A DNA stretch of 63,539 nt, filler included, from Collodictyon triciliatum (lineage: Eukaryota), in NCBI GenBank assembly GCA_043381765.1. It is 6 parts of 6 records of this genome, joined end to end, with 100 filler letters (N's around TTAATTAATTAA, not from the genome) between each part and the next. Parts side by side here need not be neighbours in the genome. Positions count along the whole stretch, not along the records: positions 13,941 to 27,780 come from JBHJMP010001910.1; 5 more parts are not named here. The stretch is one strand, 5' to 3'. The notes beneath the pieces were generated by a model. The model was not told the DNA's origin. It saw only the letters and a list, made by a program, of their open reading frames with translations, and did no database searches. The position numbers and the translations under genes are program-made. The number at the start of each line of letters is the position of its first letter. The first letter of the stretch is position 1. Positions 14,257 to 26,586 of this stretch are shown here, piece after piece.

Positions 14257-14759
14257 TCCCTGATTCTTCTCCACCTCCCACATATCTCCACCTACTTTGG
14301 AACTACTTGCCTGATTGTTGAATGGAAGATTGTTAAGACGGGCTCAACAGGTAAGATTTTTAGAATAAAAAAATAAAAAAAAGAGAAAATCAAGACCTCT
14401 ACCCATCTCTTCAAAAATTCATAACATCATACTTGACACACCATCAGAGCCCGAATAAAATCCAACCCACAAAAAATTAATCACCATGCACTCTTTATTA
14501 GGTGCCCATACCAAGGCGTGGATTTATACGACTCGTTCATTATCTAAAACCATAGTAAAACACATCATAAGGAACCACATCAGCTTAATCCCTCATAACT
14601 ATAATATGCTAGAATTTTCTACCGAGATTGAGATGCTTCACAACAAAGCGAAAGGATGCTAGCCATGTGAATGCTCTGAATCTAATCTAACCTTGTCTAA
14701 ACATCCACATATTTTTTATCACTAGTCCTGTGGGGACTTACTTTATTGCTTCTTTTCAA

Positions 14760-16520
14760 CAGTTTATTAAGAGAAAACAAAGCCGAGGAAACCGCCTTTC
14801 GCCTCTAGGACAAAAATAATGTGGACAGACAGTGGAAATCCCTGGATTGTGTGGTTGGAGTTTTTGTGTTTTGGGTAGAAGAAGGAAAAGAAAATAGAAA
14901 GGAGAGAAAGTGTTCTCACGCGCAGACTATTCTTACCCGAGGTGAACCAGCTCCAGCACGATTTCAGGTTGTGTTCGAGACTGACAGAAGAGCGGATAAA
15001 GTTGTCGGGTTGATTAAAGTGGACACATGGCAGTTACTTCTCAAATCGATTCCGACGAGTCCATCCAACCATCTATCTCAGACAAGGTTTACATCTTATT
15101 TCATTCCACAGGATGAGTCTTTTGAGGGGACAACGGGTCACTTTCCTTGCGTTTCTTTCTGGGTGACTCTGACAAAAAGCTATACATCGTTGTTTGTCTG
15201 GTATTCACAGAAGTGATGCTTGACCGTTCCTTGTTTTCGGAACCATGCGTAGCCGGCAGTGGACTTTGCTTAACTGGAGTATGATTACGCGTTTGTGGTT
15301 TTAGAAACATACGCTCCTGCTTGCTCGGACTGTCTTTAGTGTGTGAAGTTCCAAGCTTGGATTTGACTTGTGGTGTTTGCTCTTGCTCATTGGTTCTCGT
15401 TGCGACGGGCTGGGCTGATAAACGGACTATCTTTGGTGGGCGCTGGTTCTTGTGTTGCCTTCGCTTTGGAGTATCCTTTCGGATAAGTAACGAAGACTGC
15501 CTTGAGGGCTCCTATGTTAACCATATTCACGTCAGTCCGAATGGGTAGTTTAAGGGGGATTTCTTTCGGGGTTTGGAGATGCGCTGCTCTTGGGTCTTGC
15601 GATGTACGGGGCTTGTTCGGTGTTGTCGATGAAGAGCTCGAATGCGAGGACTCCGAAGGGGAACCGAGATTTCCTTCCGTGTCATCGCTGCTGTCGCTGT
15701 ATGCGCGTATCTGCTGTGAGTCTTGCGGACTCAGTTGTTGCCTGGCCTTGGCTTCCTTGACCCAGTTGCTGCTTGTCTGCTTGGCAGGTGAATTCTTTTG
15801 TGGGGCTTTTACTTGTCGTTCGTTGTTCGCGGCTGGCGGACGCTCTTTGAGGATGCGCTTTGGAGACTTTTTGCCCATGACCGTAAACTTTGCAGGGAGC
15901 TGGTTCTTATGACAAAGAAGAAGCTTCACCACGGCCGTGTCTGTGAAGAAGCCTTTGTCCTTTTTGATCTCCGCGTGGGTCGGTCTGAACGGTTTCAGCT
16001 CCTCACAAAGGAGTTGTGGCCACACGCCCAGCGGTAGTTGGTAGATCATCACAGGGGTCTCTGTTGGTTTACTTCTGCTGAAGCTGATCGTAATATCGCT
16101 CAAACTTACCTGCTTCAGCTTCAGAAGCTTTCGGGGTTTTCTGCAGTGCGGAAGGCGATCAGGCAAAGGCCTTCGCTGTCTGGTAAGTGCAGTTGGATGG
16201 ACTCTTCCCAAAGTTTGTTCGCTTTCAAGAAGGAGGCGAGCGCATCTGTGAGTCTGTGGGCCTTGTTCTTGTTGTAAACGACTTGCTCGACCCCATGCAA
16301 GAATACTGTCTGCTCAGACAGACTTGCAGGCGGCTTCCTTGTACGGGTTTCCTGACTTTCGTGCAACTCGGGGTTTTTCCGCGCCAGCGTTGGAACCAGA
16401 ACTGATTGCAACATGCAAAGCCTTCGACGGGTCGCGATTCGTGTTTTCCGTGAGGCGCGGGTTTCTCCCCCATCTCTATTTTATCCTGATTGCGCATCTG
16501 CCATCACTTTCCCATATTTC
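14760..16520 (-). mobile_element. Degenerate, frameshifted Tx1/L1-type ORF1 (gag-like, two RRM-like segments) with no recognisable ORF2
   Basis: Pieces in three frames read NPYKEAA, TVFLHGV..LTDALASFL..LIAF and TPVMIYQLPLGVWPQLLCEELKPF..KDKGFFTDTAVVKLLL..LPAKFTVMG. This resembles the RRM region of Tx1/ZCCHC3-type ORF1. An S/P/K-rich tail and a minus-strand AATAAA near 14765 follow. Confidence 0.55.
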
Positions 16521-16847
16521 CTCGAAATATCTGCTTGGTGGTTGGAAAAAGGGTGTTTGCATGGTCGCCAACAGCCAAGCCCGCTGCTAAAAAATATTTT
16601 CCAAAATAGTCAGTGTTGCGAGTAATAATAGAGCCAAACCCAAATAAAAAATTCAACGCCAACAGTTCCACAAATAGAAACAGTTATGCGCGCCAACGAG
16701 CCAGAAGAGAAGAGATCGAAGCAAATCCACTCCGGCACCGCGAACCTTCAAAGATCACAGCAACCCAGCGCGAGCGAGTAGGAGATCGCATCTGAACAGC
16801 CGCGACCAAACGCCGCATAGGTCAAAGTCAGCGTGCATTTGTGGATT

Positions 16848-19530
16848 ATGGACTCGGTCGAAAGAAGCTTCCGAAATGCGCCTGGAAAGTCTGGCAGTCC
16901 GCGCACCCAAAGAATACCTGCGTGAGTTAGAGTCTTCTTTTTCTTTCCTCTTGTTCATTCTATAGTTTTTTTTTTTAAAAAAAAAACAATAAAAAATAAT
17001 ATAACAACAAACTGATTTTTCAATTATGCTTTTGTGACATTTTAAGAAGAGCTGGAAAGGAAATCATCGACGAAGTTCACCAAAAACTCCGCCAACTTGT
17101 GATAATTTATTTCATTACGGGACATAAAATGATTTGATACTTTCTTGTTAACACTTGCTGAGTCAACCACACAGATAATATCGCTCAGTGCACATTGATT
17201 CGCTTTTATTTCGCGGTACCACTGATTTATGATGTTTGAAAAATAGGAACGGGTGGTGAGCTACTTGGATGAGATGAAAGCATCGAAAGACGAAGAAATA
17301 GCATACCTTGAGGCTGAATCGCAAAGACTCTCTGATGCACATGTCCGGGAATTACTTATAAACACTATGGCCGGCGATGATCGAGAGGATAGTCTTCAGT
17401 TTCAAGTATGACCCCATCGTTCCCCTCCAATTATGGCCTCTTTATTTCTTTAGTTGAATTCCATGCAATTACTCCGATATAATTTGATCAAAGGGCACTT
17501 TACGTACGTATATTTTTCATAAAAAGATGGAAACACTTCGAATTGAAACCTCTCAACTTGTGGAAGAACTGAGAAACTGGCAGGCAGGATTCATGGACAA
17601 TTATTTATGATCTTATCTCAGAATAAATCATTATATTGCATTTAATTTTGGTTGCTTACTTTTGTTGTTCTCTGTATAGGGTATAGAACAATTATTTCTC
17701 TCTTTCTTTTTTTTTTGGTCTCCATATTCTTAATTTCACTTGTGTTATTAGCAAGCCATGGACACCAACCAAATGATGCGAGATACCATCGTCCGCCTTC
17801 AGAGGAGAAACATGGAGCTGATGAAATCTCAATTGGAGGGCATCGGAGAAGTACATCGCAGCCAGATTGAATACCAAACAAAACTTACTCGGGTAGGATA
17901 GAAACACATACACACAAAAGAAAATAAGATTGGTTTATATCTCTATTTATCTATCAAATCTATCAAAGATTAGACAACAAATGATATTCAGTCATTATTC
18001 CACAGGTGTAATGTATGATGTAAATTAAGTGTCTAACCGACCCATGCGATGTGCACTATATATATATATAGGTTTTCAGATTGGTTTTATTGAATGCTGA
18101 AGAACGCTATCGTGACGAGGTTTTGCACGAATTGGATGCTCACACACGGCAAGAATTCCTGGAGCGAACACATTTGAAAGAAAAAGTTCAGGAACGTGAG
18201 GTGAAAGTGCAGAGTTTCTGGCAAAGATATGAGTTGTTGGACGAACAAACAAGATTGATGGTATGTCGTTGTCAATTTATTGAGCATATCTTTTATGCAT
18301 TGTTTTGATATTTTTATTTTTCTACGTTTGCATCTCAATTTAAGATATATGTCTGTTTTTATATATGAAAAAGTACCTAGCAGTATTGGAATCCATTTGT
18401 GTTACATAATCCATTTGTATGCCCGTTGCGAGGTTTTGTATTCATAATTGGGTCTTAGAAAAAGGAACGGGAGGAAGCTGATAAAAACCTTCAGCAACAA
18501 ATGTTTGACATGGCAAGGGCCAAAAAAGCTGCTAAACTACGCCTGTCACAAACAAAACCCATTGTCCAAGACAGAAAACATCTCGAGCACCTGTCTGGGG
18601 ATGTGAATGTGAGACAGCCTCTCCATTTAATGAATAACTCGGTCCATCATAAATATTCTGTTTTCACATAAGCAAGCATTGAATAGCCAGGCTATTTCAA
18701 CAATCGTCTACATTCTTTTCTTTTTCTTTTTCTTTTTCTTTTTCTTTTTCTTTTTCTTTTTCTTTTTCTTTTTCTTTTTCTTTTTCTTTTTCTTTTTCTT
18801 TTTCTTTTTCTTTTTCTTTCTCCCTTTCAACCTCTGTCTAACGACCCGCCCGCCCTCCCAAGAGCAGAGGCTCACAAAGAAGCTACACGAGGTCAAACAA
18901 GACACGGAGACGCTGAGCCGGGAGGCGGAGCGGTGGAAAAAGGTTGCCCTGGAGCTGAAGAGCAGAGAGGACCGCAGCCGGCCGTCCAGCACGCTGCACA
19001 GCACACTCAACAAAAGCCACGCCAGCTCGAACGGCACCTCGCGCGAGAGCGGGCGGGGCAGCCCACCTTCGCCGTCTTGGGAGGCGGCCGGCAGCGCGCA
19101 CGGTGGGCGCAGAGGGACGGCCAAGTCGCCGCCGCACACAGCCAAGCCGCCGCACACGGCCCCGTTCCTGACCGAGCCGTTCCTGACCGAGCCGGCATGG
19201 ACCCCGCAGGACCTCGAATCTATATGGCGCAGCACTGCCGGCGAGAACAGCCCCTGCCTGCCTGCCGTCCCTGGCCCGCCGTCCATGCGCCTGCCCATGC
19301 TGCACTCGCCCTTCCAGCCACCGGCGCCATCAGGCCCACTGCGCGCCTCGTCTGCCCCAGCCCGCCCCGCCTCCTCCTTGACGATGTTAATGTCCATGTC
19401 CATGTCCATGTCCCCCGCTGCGCACACTGCTGTCCATGGCGATGCTGTCCCGAGGAAGCGGCGCAACAATCCCTTGGGTGTCGTCCTCCCGCCCCGCGCC
19501 CGGCATACGGCCATGTTCGCCCCTCTGTAA
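16848..19530 (+). CDS. Multi-exon coiled-coil protein with a GC-rich P/S/A-rich disordered last exon
   Basis: In-frame splicing gives MDSVERSF..IPA|RAGKEIIDEVHQKLRQL|ERVVSYLDEMK.., with further heptad-rich exons and a final exon ending TAA at 19530. Confidence 0.75.
18715..18818. repeat. (TTTTTC)n microsatellite in an intron
   Basis: Direct reading. Confidence 0.95.
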
Positions 19531-19599
19531 GAAAGGGCTCTTCGCGCTGCTTGCTGTTGTGCTTGTATTCAACACTTTGCAAGTGGTTTTGTATTCCCC

Positions 19600-19851
19600 T
19601 CTATCTCTGCATCTCTATCTCTATCTATCTCTATCTCTATCTATCTCTATCTATCTCTATCTCTATCTCTATCTCTATCTCTATCTCTATCTCTATCTCT
19701 ATCTCTATCTCTATCTCTATCTCTATCTCTATCTCTATCTATCTCTATCTCTATCTCTATCTCTATCTATCTCTATCTCTATATCTATCTCTATCTCTAT
19801 CTCTATCTCTATCTCTATCTCTATCTCTATCTCTATCTCTATCTCTATCTA
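19600..19851. repeat. (CTATCT)n microsatellite
   Basis: Direct reading. Confidence 0.95.
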
Positions 19852-20199
19852 TGCAACTAATAATTTGCTCTATTGGCATTTGGAGCGGCATTTCATCCTC
19901 TGTTCATTTTTTTAAAATATCATATATTGTCGTGTCATGTTGCATTGCGCTGTTTGTCATACATATTTGTCTCACTTGATGACCGCTCAGCGCGTATCAG
20001 GGTCGTCTGCCTCCGCGCGCTGGGACAGCACCTGACTCATACGCCCCCGAGTCTGATAGTGATGGTACACTGCACAGCACGCTTCGCACCAGCCGCCTGG
20101 GCACACCCAATTCATTCGGAGTTTGTTGAGTCTCCTGTGCTGGGGCGGGTAAATCTGCCGCCCTCATGAGTTCCATCTGGCTATTTCGTGTGTGGCGTA

Positions 20200-21500
20200 A
20201 CGCTACGCTCCTCTTGCTAATTTGACCGCATACGCAGGTCTTCTTCGAGCCTTCCATCCTTCTCTCCCCTCTTCTTCGCACGAACCACACATATCCCGAA
20301 ATATTTCTGCTTTACTCTCGCTTTGTTGAATGACGTGAGGGATGGTCATCTGCAGAGCTTCACTGCGCTAACACTTAGCGTATCGAATCTCTAATGTCCA
20401 TGGAAATATTTGTGTGGCTGCAGGTTCAGAAAGGCCCTCTACTATTTTGCTTCCTTTCAAAGGGGTAGCTTTGGCCGTTCATATAAATGATGAATTGTCT
20501 GTAATACCGGACATCCTATATCCTCCCTCTGCTCAGTTACTTTTTCGGTTCATTCATTTTACCTCTTTGACCTCGTGCAATATCTCCAAATAATAACAGT
20601 AATCATAGTTCTGCAATCGCGCAGGAAAATAATAGGTTGCAACTTTTTCTATTCTGTGTTTTTTGAGCCCCTTGTTGTCCAAGAAGTTGTATTTGAGAAT
20701 TAGGTCTTTGCGGCTGCATCGGCCACTTGTTACGGCGTCTGGTGAAGTGTGGTAGATTTACAGTGCATGCTCCTGCTGTGTGGGGAAGGTTCCTTGGTAT
20801 CTTGCAAGCGGCGCATTTTGTTATCATGTTGAAGAATGCATCGCCATCCTGTACGGCGGAGCATGTAGCTGCATCCTCTGTCGGGGAACTAGCTCTCTTT
20901 GTCAGCCACATATTCGAGTCTTTCTTTTGGATGCTCTCCTCTAGAGATTTGTAGAATAAGGATGGAGTGTTTTCTTACTGTCGCTTTCTTTTGGATGTTG
21001 AGCTTGAGCATTTTGTAGCTCCGCGTTACCAAACTTGTCCAAGTCAAGCCTCAAGTATTTAGCTGCTAGTATCTCTCAGTTGGAGGTGTTGGGCTATTTC
21101 TTTTTTCTCCATCCTGAGGATAGCTGTATTAAATGGTTCGTCGGGATGTTCCTCAGGTACGGGTAGAAGTTTATGAGCAGCCTTTCTGCTTTGTGTTGGA
21201 TGCTGGCAATCCCTTCCATTTTCATTTCTGCGTAGGTAGACTCTGTATGCTTGCCGCTTCAAAGTGGACTTTCTCGCTCCTAAGGAAGTTCATTACTTTA
21301 AAGTCCATATCTCTGAGTTCGTCCATGCTATAATTGGCAAGGGCCTTTTGGTGGTTTCGCACTGATAGGGAAAACTCGTTGATTGCTTGGAAGAGGTGTT
21401 TGGCATTCAGGTTTGTTGCACATAGTTTTTGACTGCATTTTTTCATCTCTTGTGTCGCTGACTTTGTTGTTCCTGCTATTTGGATTCCTTGGCGATATCC
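20200..21500 (-). mobile_element. 5'-truncated, decayed RLE-type (R4/Dong-like) non-LTR retrotransposon
   Basis: Frameshifted pieces read LCATNLNAKHLFQAINEFSLSV..VH..(R)VYLRRNENGR (post-RT region), then SNMWL..PTEDAA..VQD..CAAC..HTAGAC..FTRRRN/VA..LILKY. The second part is the WL..QD, CCHC knuckle and RHN-VA motif series typical of R4-clade elements. Many stops are present and the 3' boundary is approximate. Confidence 0.7.
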
Positions 21501-23072
21501 TCTTTGCTTATAGTTTTAAAAAAATCAAAAAAAAATCGGTGTCGGCAAGAAAATAAAGAACAACAACCAATTTCATGGGTTTGCGAGCATATTCGACCAA
21601 GGCTACCATTTCATTCAGAGAATAGCTTACCAATCGATTTGCAATAAGAAAACGGGGAATTGCGGCATTTATACCCCTTTATCTTGGGATACAGCAAACG
21701 ATGTTGACTGGGAATGCTTGGAGCTTGTGGCAAAGCAAGAATATAGTATGCAGCAGGTAAAACAAACTAAAAATAGCGGGTGGGAGAAAAATAGGGTATC
21801 GACACAGGCAACCACGAGATATTGGGCTCCGCTGGGTCGTAAGTAGCAAGTAAACCAAAAAGCAAGGAAAGAATATTCACTAATGATGCGCTACATAATT
21901 GTTTTTTTGTTGATATGTTGACACGAAGTAGCATGGGGTTGTTATTTTCCGAATAGAAAGAAGGCGCTTTGCTCTTCCCCTACGCAACTTATGTATGTCA
22001 TCATCCATCTAGCTTGGTGACGCCCCGATATTATGTACCACAACTCAAAATGAAATATACTTCAACACGATTCTGGCAACTATTGGGACTTTGCTTAGGA
22101 TTCACGATATTTTCCAAGTCAGGATGAACAAGCCATCAATATCTTTTTATTCAAAGACAGACTTGCAAGAAAGAAAGAGCTTTGTCCTTGGAAGATACGG
22201 AGAGCTAAGAGCAAGACAAGATACTTGTTGAGCAGCAAACAGAGCACACGAAAAGTCTCTGAGACGCCCAGAGCGATACAACAGCCCCAAAGAGAAGCAG
22301 AGCATATGTTTGGTGTAGTGTTGGTTCTTTGTTTTCGGTTGAAAGCATTCCCTACTTGAAAACAAAACAACGCAAGAGAATTAGCAAGGTCTTCATTCCC
22401 TAACAATTTCAATATGACATTTTGTGTCTTCGTCTTCTGCGTTCAAATAAATAACTAGGAATATATCACCTTTCGCTTTAAACACAGCCACGCTCGATGA
22501 AGTGGTAGCTTGTATGAAAGCGCGAGCAGATATGACATGAAACTTTGAAGTTTGATATACACGTGAGTCTCTTCCCTAACTTCGGCTGCTCTATATAATA
22601 CTCAACGCGACTGGTTTTGATTCTGCTAGATAATCGATGATTCAAAATCGGTAATTAATGTGCCCATCGCTTTTTATGCGCTTTTCCTCTCTTTTCTCCT
22701 CGCAATGAGCAGGCTGCGGTGCATCAAAGAGGATACAGCTATTGGACTTTCGCTCGCAACATGTCGAACTATCTAACTCACTAAGTGGAGTCCCCTGAAC
22801 ACACACAAAAAAAAACGCGCGATAGATGCGAAAAGGATAGAGTTCTCAGGGTTGTTAGAAAAAAATGGGAAAAGCACGAGTTCTTTTTTTACTCTCATTT
22901 TGCCCTGAGACTGGTATTAGGTTATATTTCATGATCCGGTTTTATTTTTGTGACTCAACAAAGCCTCCACTTGTCTGCAGTTAAACTAGGATACAAAAAA
23001 TAGATATGAAATGAAATGAAATGAAAAACTATACGCTTCTGAAAGGCAGAGATCTGTCGGGAATACATGTTT

Positions 23073-23163
23073 TTTTTTTATTCTTCCTTTCAACTTTTGT
23101 GCAGGACCGAGGAGGGGTGTTGGCTTTGGTTCGCTAGCCATCGTTTACATGGACGCTACTTGA
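23073..23163 (-). mobile_element. 91-bp 5'-truncated copy of the family B LINE tail with a 21-bp target-site duplication
   Basis: It shares GGCTTTGGTTCGCTrGCCATCGTTTrCATGGACGCTACTTG and TTTTTTATTCTTCCTTTC with 26587-26672. It is flanked by ATCTGTCGGGAATACATGTTT (23052-23072) and ATCTGTCGAGAATACGTGTTT (23164-23184). Confidence 0.85.
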
Positions 23164-23737
23164 ATCTGTCGAGAATACGTGTTTCCCAGCCAAAGTGCAT
23201 AGTATCTGAGTGGCTTAAAACCAGTCTTCGGAGCGTCCGGCATGTTTATGACCGCACCAACTAGGTCGTGCACGAAGTTAAACAAGCAGTATCTTCAAAT
23301 AAACAATTCTTTATCGTCTCGCATGTCAGCTTTTTTGTGTTTTTGTGTCTTTTTGTTTTTGTTTTGGCCGCTGCGAAGAAAGACTCTTAATGAAAAAGAA
23401 AAAATTATTAATGTTAAGCGACATATGAAATCGAAAAAACTTTTGTGGTGTTACATAAGAAAAATATTTTCGACTAATTAAGCATCATACAACAGGGAAC
23501 GTCTCTTTAACAAAGGTGCACATTCTCCGTCTTCAAAAACACAACGAAATGGATTGTTTGGATTTTCGAAGGATTCCTTTCTATTGTAATTTTTTGGGCT
23601 TTGTATTCGTTGCGGGTATAAAACCAGCATCGAATCAAACTATTTTTTCATCACCGAGCATATAGAGAATAGAGACGAACGAGGTTAGACAGGCAGAACC
23701 GACGAAGCAACACAGACTGAACTCTGGGACAGCAAGG

Positions 23738-26460
23738 ATGTCAGGTACCGAGACGCAGTGTCCAACACCTTTCTCTGCAGGTTGTGTCTGCGACATGTTT
23801 TATTGTCAGATTTAATCTCAATAGCATTTTTTTTTTTTTATAAAACCCACAGCAACAAGCCGTCTTGCTCGTGGCAAATATGCAGACATTCTCACCACGG
23901 ACTTTGAGAAGCGGGAGAACATCCTGGGCAGGGGCGGCTTCGGGCTGGTCTTCAAGGCGCAACTGAGAGCTGGCCTCTTTGCCGTGAAGAAGATCAGCGA
24001 CCCGTCTCTCACCGCTACCGACGATTCAGACCCCGAGAAGGAGGGCAACATTATGCTCGATCTGCAACACCCGAACATTTTAAGACTCTACGACTTCGGC
24101 TACCGCGGCAAAGACATGCTCCTTGTCATGGAGTTTGCAGATGGCGGGGAGTTGTGCTCACTCATCAAGAAGCAAGGGGCACTCGGAACCGATCCGACTC
24201 TCAAGTACGGGCAGCACATCATCCGCGGCCTCGTCTACCTGCACACGCTGCCAAGGCCCATACAGCACCGCGACATCAAGACCGAGAACGTCTTGCTTGT
24301 GAACGGCATCGCCAAGCTGACCGATTTTGGCTTATCAAAGAGCGGCGTCTCGGTCAACTCGGTAAGCAAGTTCCAAGGCGCAATTAAATGGTCGCCTCCC
24401 GAGGCCTTCGAGATAGGCCATAGCATGGGGCTGCCCAGCGACGTCTACTCGTACGGCGTGGTCCTCTGGTCCATGGTGAGCGGCGAGTATCCGTACGAGG
24501 GTATGACAAATAACCAGATCGGAGCCATAGTCTTGAGCGGTAAATTACTTCCTCTCCCAGCAATATGCCCTCCTAACCTTGCTGCTATAATCCACAAGTG
24601 CTGGGAGAGGAATTATAAGACTCGCATCACTTCTCAACAAGTGGAGGCCGAGCTCAAGGGCATCATCAGCAACCCCGTTGCTGTCCCAGTTGCCAGGGCT
24701 AATCCAGTCGAGCTCATGAGTAATGCAGAGCTCGTACATTATTTACAGAGCAAGAATGTCAACCCAAGGTTTATCGATGCCGTACGAGAGGTAGGGTTGG
24801 TTGGAGAGGAATTTGTCCAGCTGACCGAGGAAGACTTGATCTCTAGCCCCTTCGATTTACCCAGAATTCAAGTGAAAATCATCCTAGGGCTTCAACGATA
24901 TAGCCGGCATGGAGGTATCCGTCTACTCTATGAACCTTATGGATTTGCAAGACAAGTTATCCTTTTACTATCTTTAATATTCCCTTTTGTTTCTTTTTTC
25001 TCTAAACAGAACATGAAGAGGTTGCTACAGGAAAAACAGTTGTCAGTCAGGACCCTATAGCAAGACTTAACCTTTCAAGTCCTCCAAATGTCAGTACTAA
25101 ACTCCTCGGCAGAGGTAGCCAAGGGATGGTCTTTGAGGGCACCTACGCGGGAAAACCAGTTGCCGTCAAGAAAGTTGTAATGTCCAAAAAGAAGGAGGCC
25201 ACTCAGGAAGTTCTACTGACCACAAAAGTCGCTCATAAGAACATCATCAACATAACTGGGGTCTATACAAGTGCAGACAATTTCTTTTGCATTGTCATGC
25301 CCCTAGCAACAGATTCCCTGAAAGGTTACATCGAGAAAAACATAAGAATCGACGTCAAACAAGCATTCAGCTTTGCCCAGCAGATATGCGACGCCTTATT
25401 GTTCTGCATTACAGCTGTTCCGAAAGAGCCGCTCCACCACTGCGACCTCAAGACAGAAAACATATTGATTGTGGACGGAGTTGCCAAGGTGGCTGACTTT
25501 GGGATGGCGATAACACGTATTAAGACCGGTATGTCCTCGCTACCCGGACGCACGAAGGTTGTGCCAGAAGACCAAGACGTTGGAGGGACCATACATTGGC
25601 AAGGACCGGAGAACTTTGATGAGGTATGCAAAAGCGAGTACAAAATGCTGGAAGGAACTGATAACATCGGATTCCGAGGTGAACGCAGCGATGTGTATGC
25701 GTATGGTCTGATTGTTTGGTCTATGGTGATGTGCCAGTATCCATTTTCTGCTTACACACCAAAAGAGATTTCACCTAAAGTTATAAAAGGCCAAAGACCC
25801 GAGATGTCTGTGGATGTTCCTTACGCCTTTCGACAGCTAATACGAGCATGCTGGGGCCAAAACTACAAGTACAGACCCACTTTTTCCAAGATTATGAAAT
25901 ATCTGAATCACTTGAGCTTGGAGCCCCAAGCAAGCGTAAGCGTCATCGAAAGTCTCTTACCGCTCACATATTCACCAATAAAGGATATGTATCATGGAGA
26001 ACTGTATGAGTACTTGACAGACAGAGGGGTTTCTAAAGAAGAGGCTTGGAAGTTGACGGATAGTCGGGTGAATGGAGACCATTTTCTGAGCAAGAGCGCT
26101 GAATCGTTAATGAAGGATTATAAAATAGCCAGACATACGGCAGATTTTATTATTTCACTTCGAGGAGGTGAGTCCCAAAGCAAACCTCCGCCGATTGATA
26201 GAAAGAGCACAATCCCTTCCAGGGACTCAGTCACAATAGGTTCATCACGTATTTGTGACATGAACACCACAAATCTTATTGCTCACATGAGAAAACTAAA
26301 AGTAATGGAAAGTTTTGTCAGAGCACTGGAAGAACACGACATTAATGGGGAGGACTTTTTAAAACTTACACTTGAGGAACTGACTAGTTTTCCTTATTCT
26401 CTTGAAGAGAGGCAGGCCAGGCCAATTTTAAGGCTTATTGAAAAGTCTTCTTCGGCATGA
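23738..26460 (+). CDS. Tandem TKL-type protein kinase with SAM domains (kinase-SAM-kinase-SAM-SAM), 3 exons
   Basis: Exons 23738-23780, 23853-24914 and 25010-26460 splice in frame. Kinase 1 has LGRGGFG, AVKK, HRDIKTEN and DFG. Kinase 2 has LGRGSQG, VAVKK, HCDLKTEN and DFG. SAM-like segments are VGEEFVQLTEEDL, VNGDHFL and INGEDFLKLTLEEL. Confidence 0.9.
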
Positions 26461-26586
26461 GCCAGCCAGTGTCCACCACACTCTAGAGCAAGCTGCTGCA
26501 AAACACTTCACAAAATATAAAGATTCTATTCAGAATTGTACAAAAAGGGTTGGATGAAAAGGGACAATCAGTAAAGGTAATAGAGT

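Noticed and set aside
18708-19979. Several long overlapping ORFs on both strands
   Set aside because: A GC-rich exon plus adjoining microsatellites suppresses stops. Only the frame ending at 19530 joins the upstream exons.
21540-22900. Coding-like sequence possibly belonging to another transposon or pseudogene
   Set aside because: No frame stays open and no recognisable motif was found, so it is left unannotated.
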